Notes: generated by a model not told the origin, from the letters alone. A DNA stretch of 61,202 bases, filler included, from Chiloscyllium plagiosum (GCF_004010195.1; 4 parts of one record of this genome joined end to end with filler, not necessarily neighbours in it), one strand, 5' to 3'; counted from the whole stretch's first letter, positions 37,004 through 50,600 are shown. Translations and numbers: made by a program.

Positions 37004-37660
37004 GACAAGTTTATTAAAGGAAGTATTAGCAAAATATTTCAAAATACATAATAAAGTCATTTTGGCTTCATGAAGGGGAAATCATGCCTGAAAATTTATT
37101 ACTGATTATAATTTGTTCATCTCAGGCTCGAATATACTGAATGGCCCACACTCCACAGCCATCTGCAGTGAAGAATTCCACAGATTCACTATCCTCTCTG
37201 ATTCATGAGCAAAGACTGATATTCCTCTGTGCTGTAGCTTTCTACAGTCTTTCCCCACTTAAAAAAAAACAGTTCTATTCATCCTTCTAAAGTGTATAAA
37301 CTCACATTTCCCATATCATAGTCCAGATGCCTAGCATTTGCCCATTCATTAACTTGTCTATATCCATCTGTAGATGTTTTGTGTCATCCCCACTACTTGC
37401 TTTCCCAGCTTTGCTTGTTTTATCACAAACTTGCCCATAGTACATTCACTTCCATCATAAAAGTCATTACTAATATATACTCTAAAAAAAATTGTGCGCT
37501 AGCACTTATCCCTGAAGAACTCCATGAATTATAGGTTACCATCTGGAAAATGACCCCCTTATCTCACTTTTCTGTCTTCTCTTAGTTAGCCAATCCGCTA
37601 CTCATAATATACTACCCCTAACACCACTGGCTCTTGTTAAGTAGTTTTATATGTAGTGCT

Positions 37661-37896
37661 TGTGGTGATTATTATAAGGAGAGCCAAGTGGACCTCATAG
37701 AATAGGAATTCCCTGTTTGCAGCTTTTAATCTGGTTCAATCAGGGAGCCCTGACTGACAGAAATAAACAGGAGTGTCAGAGATTCTGTTCATTCTGAGAG
37801 CTAGCTCTGAGGAAGCTTGCTCAACATCAAGGACAATCCAGGTGTAAATAAAGGGGAACTTGGTAATGGGATACCAGTCTCTGTGGAGTTATTTCA
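37661..37896 (+). mobile_element. Solo LTR (about 236 bp) inserted in an old minus-strand CR1 (about 37270-38190)
   Basis: TG...CA termini (tgtggtg / ttatttca), CAAT-like element, TATA-like gacagaaataaac, AATAAA near the 3' end, and an imperfect 5-bp flank duplication gtgct/gtacc. Confidence 0.75.
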
Positions 37897-38639
37897 GTAC
37901 CTTCTTGAACATCTTTTGGAAATCCAAATATATATTACACCTACTGATTCCCTGTTATCTTTCCTGCTTGTTACTTCCTCAAAAGACTGACATAAATCTG
38001 TCAGGAACAATTTTCCTGTCATGAAAAAAAAATGGACTCTGCTTGCTTTTTTAAATGCATTTCTAAATGTTCTGCTAATATTTTCTATATAATTAATCTG
38101 AACAATTTCCTCATGACCAATATTAAGCTAACAGGTGCATAGTTACCTTTTCTTATCTCTCTCCCTTTCCAAATAAGGGTGCTACATTGGTAGTTTGAGA
38201 AGATAGCTCATCATTACCTTCACAAAGGAAACTAGCGGTGAGCAATAAATCCTGGCCTGGGCAGTGGTGTCAACACTCCTTGAAAGAATTTTTAAAGTTG
38301 GTAATTGAATATAGATTCCACCACCTGGTATGGTGGGATTTGAAGCAGTGTCCCAAGCCATTAGTCTAGACCTCTGGAATATTAGTCTGGAATATTGATT
38401 GTGGATACTGCATGACATACAAATCAGATTTGTTGCTCAACACTAGGGTCTCATTGTGGCACCACAAATTATTACAATAACTTGCATACCTATAGCACAT
38501 TTAACATAGTGAAACATTCCAAGATTTTTTTTTCCACAGAAGTTATGATCAAATGGAAGTTGACACTGGATCTGCATATAGTTATATAGGCTGTTAACAT
38601 AAGACTGGTCAAAGAAGTGGGAACTTTTTAATGAAATGC

Positions 38640-39190
38640 TTATGACTTGATGGCTATGCCTTCAAATGAGAGGCGTTCTGGGCCACTCCAGAGGGCAGTT
38701 AAATGTAAACCACATGGCTATAGGCCAGACTGGGTAAGGATGGCAGATTTCTTTTCCTAAACATCAGTTCTGTACTAGGTGGGTTTTTGTGGCAATAGAC
38801 GGTGTTTCATGACACTTTCAGTGACACTATCTTTATATTTTAGATCGATAGTTCAACCCCCTGATTGGTACCGCGTCCACTCCCTTATCCACCAACACTG
38901 AGTCGCTGCATTCACCAAAGATCCTCAGACAGCACTTTCCTAACCCACAACCAATTCCATCAAGAAGGAGCAAAATGGAAACACCAGCCTTCTAAACCAC
39001 TCACTCTCCTGATTTGGAAATATATCGCTGCTCTTTCAGTGTCAGTAGGTCAAACATCTCAAACTCCCTTCCTAACAAGACTGCATACCTACCTACATCA
39101 AATAGACTACACTGGTTCAAAAAGTTTTTCACCACCACCTTCACGAGAGTAACTAGGGACGGATAATAAATACTGGCTCCCTGACGGGGC
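38640..39190. mobile_element. Degenerate Deu-domain SINE-like and LINE-tail fragments (similar pieces near 30890-30985, 34620-34970, 36000-36390, 38190-38410, 53930-54190)
   Basis: cagagggcagttaa...ggccagactgggtaaggatggcagatttc and caccaccttc...aactaggga.gg..aataaat.ctggc resemble shark SacSINE1/DeuSINE bodies and their LINE-derived tails (from recall). Confidence 0.5.
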
Positions 39191-39725
39191 GGCATGGTGG
39201 TGTGATGTCACAAAAAGAGTTGGAAATGAGGAGAGAGGCACAGAGTTTAAGGAGGTAACTTCAGAACCATACGGCAACATAAGGAAAGTGAAGGTGGAGA
39301 TATTTATTTACATATATTGGTATGGCTTAACCGATGAGGACAATTTGACAAGGTTGAACTAGGTGGGGACTGTGAATGGTGAGGAGTACATAAAGAGGTT
39401 TCAGGGTGATTAAGACAGTCAGGTCACTGTGAAAATGCATGGCAGGTGCAGTACAACATGGGTCAGTGTGAGGTGGCTCACTCTGGAAGGAAAACAGAAT
39501 GGCAGAATACTATTTACATAGTGACAGATTGGGAAATGTTAATCAACAGATTGAAGCACCATACCATACGAGGTTATGCTGATGATGCTGTGTTCATCAC
39601 ATACACACAGAAAGTCAACTATATGGTCCAGCTGACCCGATTGATTTACATAAGACAAACCTGTTACCTGAGGAATTAATGTGGTGAATCTTCACTGTGT
39701 TCCCTGTATGCCTCCCTATGCCTAT

Positions 39726-40399
39726 TGTTACAACACGGGATAGGTTCTCCTGCTTAATGTAAACCAGCAACACAGAAAAGATTTATCCTGAGTACCAATC
39801 TGTGAAAATGTGAGAGGTCAAGAACTATTTCATGTAAAAATTAACAACTTTATTTCTTAAAGTATAACAGAGAATAATTAACTAACAACCATTTACAACT
39901 TCTTCCTCGAGCCTATCCCTTCTCTAATACTAGTCTGATAAAACTCCCGATTATAATTTACAAAACCACACTTCTTATCTCAAAACCAGGCAGCTTTCAG
40001 TTCTTCTCTGTATTTCAGTCTTCTTTTCTTCTTTGGGATTCTGCTTCCCAAGTTACTGAGCGATAAAGAGAGCTTTTTTTGGGCAGACGTTTTACACGCT
40101 GGTGGCTTGGCAGTTCTCCTCTCAACTGTTCAATTTTCCCCAGTCTTATACCCCCAAAGCAACGGATTGTGTCACTGGCTTTTAATATTGTCAATATATG
40201 AAATTCAAACTGGATTGGAGTTTGGTATTTTTCAGTGTATTATTTAAACTGATTGACCTAATTCAAATCTGTTTTGTCATTTCCAGGCAACTAGCTGATC
40301 GAGTTGTTTGACTTAAATGTTATATTATTTTTGCTCTGTCAGCTAGTTCTGTTGCTTTAAACACTCTTAAAGGTGCAGTACACCCGCATCTTCATAACA
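39726..40399 (-). mobile_element. 3' LTR of a Gypsy (Gmr1-like) retrotransposon
   Basis: TGTTA...TAACA inverted termini. On the minus strand there is a purine tract (aaggaggcaga) immediately upstream, a TATAA near 40145-40150 and an AATAAA near 39849-39854. Confidence 0.8.
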
Positions 40400-43300
40400 T
40401 CTGCCTCCTTAAGAAAAAAATGAACCATCATAATGAAAAGGTGGTTTCATTCTTTTTTTCTATTTTTTAAACACGTTAATCTAACATACAGATAACTTCA
40501 ATATAAGTTCACCTTAACTTCTTCCCATATACCTGTACATACATAACATTAAGTAAATACTCATCTCAACTTCATCAGTTAAATCTGTGCTAATAAATCT
40601 CCAATTACATTCTTACAACCCACATGTATGATTTTTAAATTATAAGTCTGTAACATAAAACTCCAAGAAATTGTCTCATATTTTTGTCTTTAAAGCATTC
40701 TAAGAACGTAAGTGGATTGTGATCCGTGTACACAACCATCTCTAACACATTGTTAGTGACATACACATTAAAATGTTATTAAGGCCAGTACCAAACTCAA
40801 TAGTTCCTTTTCAATTGTGGAATATTTTCTATGCTGGATGTTCAGCTTCTTCAAAATGTAACTAACTGGCAGTTCAATCCCATTCTCATCTTCCTGTAGG
40901 AGTACACCTCCAACTCCAATGTCACTGGCGACTTTAAAAGGTTTCGAAAAGTTTGGTGTAGCTAAAACTGGTTTGGTGCTTAATATTGATTTCAAATGAT
41001 CGAATGCCTCTTGGCATAGTTCTGTCCACCAAAACTTTGTGCTCTTCTTCAGCAAATCAGTTATTGGTGCCACTACACTGCTGAACTTTGGAACAAACTT
41101 CTAATAGACTCCGCTGAGTCCCAAGAATTGAAGCACCTCTTTCTTCGGGGCTGGTCATGGAAATTCCTTGATGGCCTTCATTTTGTGTTCTGTGGGGTCA
41201 ATCTTCCATGACCGATGTTATGTACCAAGAGCGTCACCTCTGCTTTCGCAAATTCAGTTTTATTTAAGTTTGTCACTAGTTTTGCTTCTCGTAGTCATTC
41301 AAAGTGCTCTGCCAACTGTCCAGTGTGATATTTCCAGATCTTACTAAAGAGCACTACATCGTCCAAATAAAAATGAAGCTCAAGAGAGTGGAAAGGAGGT
41401 GAAAGGCCTCAGGTGTTTCCACTGTGGTAAAGTAGGATACATAAAGTCACAGTGCTAGTCGTTAAAGAAAGGCACTGTGGGAAAAGATGTGGTAAAAGAA
41501 GCTAAGCTAGTGGCATTCATGAAAGTAGTAAAGGAGACCCCAACAAGAGCCGAGGAGCTGCAGGAGAGTGCACAGCCTCGGCAGGGACTGGGTATGGAGT
41601 TAGTACCTGATCTCTACAAAGAGTTCACCACCCTGGGTAAAGTTTAGTCAGAAAGAACAGGGAGAGAAGGACAAGATATTATAATTTTGAGAGATACAGG
41701 ATCTAACCAGTCACTGATAGTAAGAGATGAACGAATATGCACTCTTTCTTCCGAGAGTGTGGTAATTTGTGGGATACATGGACAGAAATTTAGCGTTCTC
41801 CTATCTAAGATCAAGTTGGAGTGCCAACTCAAAACTGGGGAAGTTACAGTGGGTGTGATTGACCGAGTGTGAGATCCAGGGATTCATAGAGTCATCGAGA
41901 TGTACAGCATGGAAACAGACCTTTCGGTCCAACCCGTCCGTGCTGACCAGATATCCCAACCCAATCTAGTCCCACCTGCCAGCACCCAGCCCATATCCCT
42001 TCCTATTCATGTACCCATCCAAATGCCTCTTAAATGTTGCAATTGTACCAGCCTCCACCACTTCCTCTGGCAGCTCATTCCATACACGTACCACCCTCTG
42101 TGTGAAAAAGTTGCCGCGCAGGTCTCTTTTATACCTTTCCCCTCTTTGGAATGAGTTGGCAAGATCCAAGGTGGGAGTGACACCCCTTGTTGTGGAGAAG
42201 CCCAAGGAAGACCAAGAAACTGAGGTGTTAAAACAGAAATATCCTGATATTTTCCCAGACCGTGTGGTAACCAGATCCCACTATCATAAGTCACAGCACA
42301 AAGTGAAAAATAAAGAGAAAGATGAAGGAGTTGAGGTTCAGTTAGTGGACACCCTGTTTGACATAATGGTGCAGTTAAAACCTGAACAGGCAGAGGGTCA
42401 GACAGAAGTGTTTAGTCCTGAAAGGCTAAGGGATTTGCAACAGCAAGACAAGACAATAAAAGATGAATTTGTGGAGGCATACTCTGAAAAGGAGACAGAG
42501 AATATTCCGAAGAGCTATTTTCTGAAAGGTAGAATTCTAAGACGGAAATGGAGACCACGGTAGATTAGTGCAGAGGAGAAATGGGCCGAAGTGCACCAGA
42601 TTGTGTTGCCGGTAGCATACAGACAGGAGGTGTTATGGGTAGCACATGAACTACCTGTAGGAGGTCACCTACGGGTACAAAAGACTCAGGCTAAGGTACA
42701 AAAACATTTCTACTGGCCTGGAATGCACAAGGATGTGGTGAACTTTTGCCAAGCATGTCAGACATACCAAATAGTAGGTAAGCTACAGGCGGTAACAAAA
42801 CCAGCAGCTTTGTTGCCAATTCCTGCATTTGAAGAACCTTTCACGTGGGTTATTTGATTTTGTAGGTTTCTTCCGGAGAACTAGAAGTGGGAACCAGTCC
42901 TTGTTAACCATAATGAATGTGTCTACCAGATTTCTGGAGACAATTCCATTATGGAGTTTCAAGGCAAAAAGGGTAGTGGAGGTAGTATCTTCCTTCACAC
43001 GGTATGGGCTAGCCAGAGAGATTCAATCGGACCGAGGGTCTAATTTTACTGCTAGGCTGTTTAAAGAGGTTATGGATAGCTTAGATATACAACACTTTAA
43101 ACCACTACATCGTCCACTACATCGTCCAATGGGTTTGTTAACCCAGCCACAACCATTCATGATTCTTTGGAATGTGGCAGGTGTGTTCTTCATTCCAAAG
43201 GGCATCACTTTAAACTGATATAGTCCATTTGGGGTAACCACGCATGAAGCCCAACTTGGTGATGTAACTGACTTGTCAGACTTTCTCAATTCAGTCCTCC

Positions 43301-43700
43301 AATCTAGGAATTGAATATGAGTCTGATTTTTTAACGGTGTTGACCTTCTGATAATCCAAGCAGAATCGTTGAGTCCAGTCCGGTTTGGGAACTAAGACGA
43401 TCGGCGAACTCCACTCGCTCTGGCTTGGTTCGATAGTATCGTTGTCGAGCATGGCCTCCACCTTCATCTTGACCTGTCTGGCTTTGAACGGATTAAGCCT
43501 ATATGGGTGTTTTTTTTTTTAATCAGAGCAGTATTCCCTACGTCTACCTCATGTACAATAGCATTAGTCCTCTCCATTTGATTTTTACATATGTCCTTAT
43601 AGAACAGTAACACATTTTTCAACTATGTTCTATGCTCTTGAGACAGATAGCTTACTAACCTATCCCACTCCTCAAGGACTTGTTCATTTTTTAATCTATT
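40400..43700. mobile_element. Defective, internally rearranged Gypsy/Gmr1-like LTR retrotransposon internal region
   Basis: Minus strand: RT N-half (RFCLDYQKVN..IPRLED; PFGMKNTPATFQRIMN) at 43120-43700, YLDDVVLFS at about 41342-41369, RT-RNase H at 40600-41340. Plus strand: gag knuckle CFHCGKVGYIKSQC (41414), protease ILRDTGSNQSL (about 41685), integrase zinc-binding region (HELPVGGH...CQAC) and core (IQSDRGSNF) at 42590-43100. A CR1 3' end is inserted at about 41884-42148. Confidence 0.9.
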
Positions 43701-43702
43701 TT

Positions 43703-44172
43703 TCAATTGAATTGAATTGAATTTATTGTCACGTGTATCGAGACACAGTGAAAAGCTTTGTCTTGTGAGCAATTCAGGCAGATCACAGAGTTAAGTAGCA
43801 TAGATAAGTAAAAAACAGGTAAACAGCGGCAAAAACAAAAACACAGGTACAGGTAAATGTTAAGAATTTGTGAGTGCACTCAGTATAATAACAACAGTAG
43901 GGTAGAAACTTTTTCGAAACCGGCTGGTGCGTGTGTTCAGGCTTCTGTACCTTCTCCCCGATGGTAGAGGTTGTAGAAAAACATTGCCAGGGTGGGACGG
44001 ATCTTTGAGAATAATGGTGGCCTTTCCTTGACAGCGGGCCTGGTAGGTGGATGCTGTAGCTGGGAGGTTGGCCTTTGTGATTGTCTGGGCCATGTTCACC
44101 ACTCTCTGTAACCGTCTCTGATCTTGAATGGTACAGTTGCCATACCAGGTAGTGATACGTCCAGACAGAATG
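43703..44172 (-). mobile_element. Rex1/Babar-like LINE 3' end
   Basis: RCQGKATIILKDPSHPGNVFLQPLPSGRRYRSLNTRTSRFRKSFYP, with a (TTCAA)n tail at 43703-43722. Confidence 0.8.
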
Positions 44173-44272
44173 NNNNNNNNNNNNNNNNNNNNNNNNNNNN
44201 NNNNNNNNNNNNNNNNTTAATTAATTAANNNNNNNNNNNNNNNNNNNNNNNNNNNNNNNNNNNNNNNNNNNN
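44173..44272. other. Artificial 100-nt scaffold linker
   Basis: N44-TTAATTAATTAA-N44. Confidence 0.97.
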
Positions 44273-45420
44273 AAAAACTGACCCATCTACAGTACTCGTA
44301 CTATAGTGTTCCCAGTTAATATTTGGAAAGTTGAAGTCCCCCATGACAACCACCCTGTCTCTCTCACTCCTATCGAGAATCATCTTTGCAATCCTTTCCT
44401 CTACCTCTCTGGAACTATTTGGAGGCCTATAGAAAACTCCCAACAGGGTGATCCCTCCTTTCCTGTTTCTAACTTCAGCCCATACTACCTCAGCTGACAA
44501 GTCCCCAAACATCCTGTCTGCAACTGTAATACTTTTTCTTAGATTAGATTAGATTACACTACAGTGTGGAAACAGGCCCTTCGGCCCAACAAGTCCACAC
44601 CGACCCGCCGAAGCGCAACCCACCCATACCCCTACATTTACCCCTTACCTAACACTACGGGCAATTTAGCATGGCCAGTTCACCTGACCTGCACATCTTG
44701 GACTGTGGGAGGAAACCGGAGCACCCGGAGGAAACCCACGAGAACGTGCAAACTCCACACAGTCAATCACCTGAGGCGGGAATTAAACCCGGGTCTCTGG
44801 CGCTGTGAGGCAGCAGTGCTAACCATTGTGCCACCATGCCGTGCTGTCCTTGACCAACAATGCCACACCTCCCCCTCTTTTACCATCTTCTCTGTTCTTA
44901 CTGAAACATCTAAATCCTGGAACCTGCAACAACCATTCCTGTCCCTGCTCTAACCATGTCTCCAAAATGGCCACAACATTGAAGTCCCCGGTACCAACCC
45001 ATGCTGCAAGTTTGTCCACCTTATTCCGGATGCTCTTGGCATTGAAGTAGACACACTTCAAACCAACTTCTTGCTTGCCGGTGCCATCTTGCGTCCCTGA
45101 AACTTGATTTTGGACCTCCCTACTCTCAACCTTTTCTATACTCAAACTACAATTTTAGTTCCCATCCTCCTTCTGGATTAGTTTAAACCCACCCCAATAG
45201 CCTTAGCGAACTCCCCCCCCCGCCCACCCCCAACCAGGATATAGGTACCCCTCCGGTTCAGATGAAGACTATCCTGCTTGTAGAGGTCCCACCTACCCCA
45301 GAAAGAGCCCCAATTATCCAAGAATCCAAAACCATCTTTCCTGCACCATTCCTATAGCCATGTGTTCAACTCCTCTCTCTCCCTATTCTTTGCCTCACTA
45401 GCTCGTGGCACGGGCAACAA
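44273..45420 (-). mobile_element. CR1 LINE, ORF1 end and ORF2 APE endonuclease, interrupted by an HE1-like SINE (about 44540-44841)
   Basis: LKCVYFNAKSIRNK..VAILETWL..KRGGGVALLVK; TLLGVFYRPPNS; VVVMGDFNFPNINW. The SINE has a (TCTAA)n tail. Confidence 0.9.
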
Positions 45421-45554
45421 GTTTGGGCGGCTTGGCAAGTTTGCAATGTTAAAATGTGGAGAAAATCACAAGAACCTTTTTTTTTATTTGCGCCAGTTAA
45501 TAATTAGAAGCCAAGAGCCATTCTGAAGGAACAAAATGTGTCCCCACCTTATCG

Positions 45555-46118
45555 AGTCATACAGCATGGAAATAGACCCTTTGGCCCAAATTGTCCATGC
45601 TGACCAGACTTCCTAAACAGAACTTGTCCCATTTGCCTGCATTTGGCCCATATCCCTCTAAGCCTTTCACATCCATGTACCTGTCCAAATGTGTTTTAAA
45701 TGTTGTAATTGTACCTGCATCTACCACTTCCTCTGGCAACTCATTCCGTACATGCACCATTCTATGTGTGGAAAAGTTGACCCTCAAGTCCATTTTAAAT
45801 CTTTCTCGTTTCACCATAAACCAATGCCCTCTACTTTTGGATTCCCCTATCTTGGGGAAAAAAAGGTTCTTGTGATTTTCTCTATATTCTTCCATTGCAA
45901 ACTTGCCAAGCCTCCCAAACCGCATTCTCTATTTACTTTATCTACGCCCCTCATGATTTTAAAAATCTCTCGACTCAAAACGTAGCCTTACCAATGTTGT
46001 GTACAGCTGTAACATGACGTCCCAGGTCCTGTACTCCGTGGTCTTAGTGATGAAGGCAACTGTGCCAAACACCTTCTTCACCACCCTATCTACCTGTGAT
46101 GCCACTTTCAAGACCTAT
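45555..46118 (-). mobile_element. CR1/HER1 LINE 3' end
   Basis: SKSRGHWFMVKRERFK...RNELPEEVVDAGTITTFKTHLDRYM. Confidence 0.85.
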
Positions 46119-47309
46119 GTACCTTCTGGGAGGCTCCACAATGCGTGGCTTGCAAACAGCAAAAAAATGGCTACAGATAAAACACAATATTCATCTGGAA
46201 CACTCGCCATTTAAGTGAGAATAAATTGAACATAAATTACTTTAGTAGCAGTATTGTTGAGTCTCAAACAAAAAAATGTACTTAGATAAACTTTTACCAA
46301 TATGTTTATTTGACATTACATCTTAAGTTAGCGCATGTGGGAGTGTGACACATGCAAAAAAACATGTAATGCTTGAGTCCAAGTGGTTTAAATTTGTATA
46401 AATCAGCAACAAAATGTCACAGAATAGAAAACCCATTGAAGAACAAGTAGTTTCACTCAGAGTGATGAATATGTTGAAACTGCTGAGGCCAAAACATTGA
46501 AGACTTTCAACAAAGATGTAGATTATAGTTCTTCGGAATAAAAGAATCTGGGGCGAAAGCAGGAACAGGGGACTGAGTTGGATGATCAGCCATGATCATA
46601 TTGAGTGGTGGAGCAGGTACAAAGGGCTGAAAGGCCTGCTCCTGCTCCCATTGTCTATGTTTCTAAACAAAAGACACTTGCCTCCTGTTCTTTTTCCTTG
46701 GACTCTAATAATCCGATTTCTGCCCATGGTGAAGACCTGAGGATCCACAAACACTAATCTAGAACAGATTTTCCTTAGCAGTGGCAATTAGCCTCCAACT
46801 GCTATCAGAATATGCCTATTTAAAACAATTCGACTTTGCAGCCTCATAGAGACAGAGCACTTTAAGCATGGCTCCACCTGAACAGGAGAGAGCTTTTCTT
46901 GCAGCAATCTGTTTATGCTCATTTGGAAATGAAGTGTGAAGCTGACAGCATTTCCCTTTTCATAATGTAACATTACATTATGTACAACTGTTGTCGCAAA
47001 ATAGCACATCCTATGATTTACTAGCAACTTCTAGTAAAGGACTGCTATTGTTTAAAAGAAGGACAAAGGATGCTGGGACTTGGTCAGATTCCTGTCTCTG
47101 CTACCAGGAAGAATTTTATTTTCGACCTGGACCCTTCTAACTCCAGTTTTATATTCTTTCTTAAAGATAGAGTTTTGAACAATCATTGTGCCCTCAGTTT
47201 GATGTGACTTAAGTAGTATGTGAAAATCCAAGCCACAAATCAATCCTGAAATGAGCCAAGAGAGAGCTTACATTATGCATCATCACCTTTGGGTTTTGGA
47301 AAGATCCCA

Positions 47310-49035
47310 ATGAATGAGTGATCTAAAAAATACAGGAATGAACATCCCATTAGTGCGAAAGAATACAGGGGAGGAATTAAGTGCCAACACCATTACTAAA
47401 GAAGTTGTATTAGACAAACTAATGGGACTAAAGGTAGATAAATCCCTGGCTCTGATGGCTTGCATCCCAGGATCCTAAAGGAAGTAGCAGAGATAGTGGA
47501 TGTATTCGTCATAATTTTTCTAAAATCCTTGGATTCTGAAGGAGTACTGCTACTGTGGCATCCCTACTCAAAAAGGGTAGGAGGCAAAAAGTGGGTAACT
47601 ATAGGCCAGTTAGCCCAACATCTATTGTTGGAAAACTGTTGGAACTAATTATGAAGAAAGTGAGAGCAGCACACTTGGAAAACCAAAACCTAATCAGAGT
47701 CACTACGGTTTTATGAAAGGGACATTGCATCTGATTAATTTATGAGATTTTCTCAAGGTAGTCTCAATCAGAGTGGACAGTAAATGTGTTATATTTGGAC
47801 TTCCAGAAAACCTTTGATAAAGTACCTCATGAAAGGTTAAGTCATAAAACTCATGGTGTTGGAGATAGTGCAGTGGCATGGATAGGGAACTGGTTAATGG
47901 GTTGGAAATAGTGAATGGGGGTAAGGAGTTCTTTTGCAGGTTGGCAACCTGTGACCAATGGGATTCCACAGGGATCAGTGCTGGGACCACAACTATTTAC
48001 AGTATATATTAAATTGTTGGAGAAAGGAAGTGAATGTATTGTTACCAAATTTGCAGACAACACTAAAATAGGTGGAAAGGCAAATTGTGAGAGGGACACA
48101 AAGTAGTTTACACAGAGATGTTGGTTGAGATAGAGTCCTACCGCATGGAGACAGGCCCTTTGGCCCAAACTGGTCCATGCTGACCAAAATGTCCATCGAT
48201 GTTGTTAAGTAATTCAGCAAAAAGTCAGCAAATGGAGTGTAATTTTGGGAAAATGCGAAGTTGTTCATTTTGGAAGGGAGAACAAAAGAACAGAGCATCA
48301 TTTAAATGGAGAAAAACTGCAGAGAGCTACAACACAAAGGCACATTGGGGTACTTGTACACAAAACAAAGAAAGCTAGCACACATGCATCAGATAATCGG
48401 AAAGGTAATGGAATGTTGACCCTTATTTCAAGGGGACTGGAGTATAAGAGTGGAAAGTCTTATTATAACTGTACAAAGTGCTGGTGAGACCACATCTGAG
48501 GAACTGTGAGCAGTTTTCATCCCTTTATTTAAGGAAAGATGTTGTTCCATTGGGGGAAATTCAGAGAATATTTATTAGGATGATCCTTAGTATAAAGGGA
48601 TTATCTTATGAGCAATGACTAAACAGGTTGACTATACATTGGAATTGAGAAGAATGAGAGGTGATCTCATTGAAACATATAGAATCTTTAAGGGGCTTGA
48701 CAAGGTAAATACTAAGAGGATGTTTCCCCTCATGGGAGAGTCTAGGACCAGAGGGCAGCATTTCAGAATAAAAGGGCACCAATTTAAGACTGAGATGAGG
48801 AGGATTTTGTTTTGTCTCAGAGGGTTGAGTGTCTTTGGAACTCCTTATCACAGAGAGCTTGGGCGCAAAATCTTTATGTATATTTAAGGTTGAGATAGAT
48901 TCTTGCTCAGAAGGGGAATCATGGGTTATAGGGAAAGGGCTGGAAAGTGGATGTGAGGAGTGTTGGATCAGCCATGACCGACCGAATGGTAGAGCAAACT
49001 CAAGAGGCCTAAAAGCCTACTCCTGTTTCTATTTC
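47310..49035 (+). mobile_element. Degenerate CR1 LINE (RT through 3' UTR)
   Basis: [56 protein letters not shown]. Confidence 0.88.
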
Positions 49036-49561
49036 TTCGGAGTTTGTGGAAGTAGGTTGAAGGTATTCTTGGCTGTGGTCACTGTTTTTGATTGATTCAT
49101 TCACTGGATGTGGGCATCCCTGTCTGGAATTTTGCGTGTTGCCCTGGAGAAGGTAGTGATGAGATTCCTTCTTGAACCACTGTAGTTTTTGGGTCAGGGA
49201 CACCACAGAGTTTTTAGGGAAGGAGTTCCAGGATTTTTGTTAAGAGTAATCTGCAAGGTGTAAATAAACAAATTATTCTTCTAAATCTGATTGCAGAATG
49301 AAATTGTGGAATTAATAAAACCTGTTGTGTCATAATCAGCTTCTGGGACTGGCCAGTAATGCTTTAGACTCTCCAGTGACTCCGTAGGGAAATGTGTTTA
49401 ATACCTAATACCCAGGTAGGAAAGTATAAGTACTCTTTCAAGTATGACAAGTATAATTCCCAACTGTATATTGTTCAACTGACCTCACAAGAGTGGAACT
49501 GCACTGTAGGTCTGGTGAGGGCAAGTAAAATCAAAAGGGAGCCACACCTGGTCACTCAATT

Positions 49562-50600
49562 AGACACAAAAAAACTGCAGGTGCTGGAATCCAAAGTAGA
49601 CAAGCAGGGGCTAGAAGAACACAGCAAGCCGGGCAGCATCAGGAGGTGGAGAAGTCAATGTTTTGGGTATTTGGGTATTACCCTTCTTCAGGACTGGGAT
49701 GAGGGTGAGGGGAGCTGCAGATAAAGGGGGGTGTTTGGGTGGGGAAAGAGGTGGAGTGGTGAGGTAGTGATAGGTGAAGGCAGGTAGAGGATACAGCCCG
49801 GTTGGTCGATGTGTGGAATGGATCCGGTTGGTGACTGGAAGGAAGGGTTAGTAAGTGGAATGGAAGGGAGGAGGAGGGGCTGGAAGGGGAGTCGGGGGAT
49901 AGGAAGGGTGGTTATTCGAAGTTGGAGAACTCAATGTTGAGTCCTCTGGGCTATAGGCTGCCCAGGGGGAAGATATTACACACAAGCTTCTTTGTTGAAG
50001 GGACTGGGTCAGTAGTAAAGTTTCCTGCTTTTAATACCTTTCCTCTGAGCAGTTATTAGGTGGTGACTAGAATCTTTCCCACATGGATGGCCCAGATAGG
50101 CAGCACAAATAATGGCAGTAAGAGGCCTAATCATAAGCAAATTTGTGGGGGCCATCTGAAAAGCAGGTTGAGGTGTTGTTCCTCCAATTTGTGGTCCAAC
50201 ACCTCATCGTCTGCCTGGGCAGCCTACAGCGCAGAGTACTCAGCACTGAGTTCTCCAATTTCAGATAACCTCCCTTCCTATTTCCCCAACTCCCTTTCCA
50301 GCCCCTCCTCCTCCCTTCCATTCCACTTACTGATTCTTCCTTCCAGCAATCAACCGGATTCATTTCTCCCATCAATGAGCCAGGCCGTACCATCTACCTG
50401 TGTTCACCTACCACTACCTCACCAGTCCATCCCTCTCCCCACCCAAACACCATTCCCCACCCCCTCCCACTTTATCTGCAGCTCACCTCGCCCTCACTCT
50501 GAGTCCTAAAGCAGGGTTACACCCAAAATGTCAACCCCTCCACCTCCTTATGCTGCCTGGATTGCTGTGTTCTTCCAGCCTCCTGCTTGTTTATGCCTGG
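49562..50600. mobile_element. Penelope-like element 3' ends in inverted arrangement with a captured ~190-bp insert
   Basis: Minus arm 49562-49975 and plus arm 50198-50600 share the GIY-YIG C-terminal (QHLIxxLGSLQ-like) sequence, the purine/pyrimidine-rich UTR and the terminal gatgctgcc...gctgtgttcttc. Confidence 0.8.
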
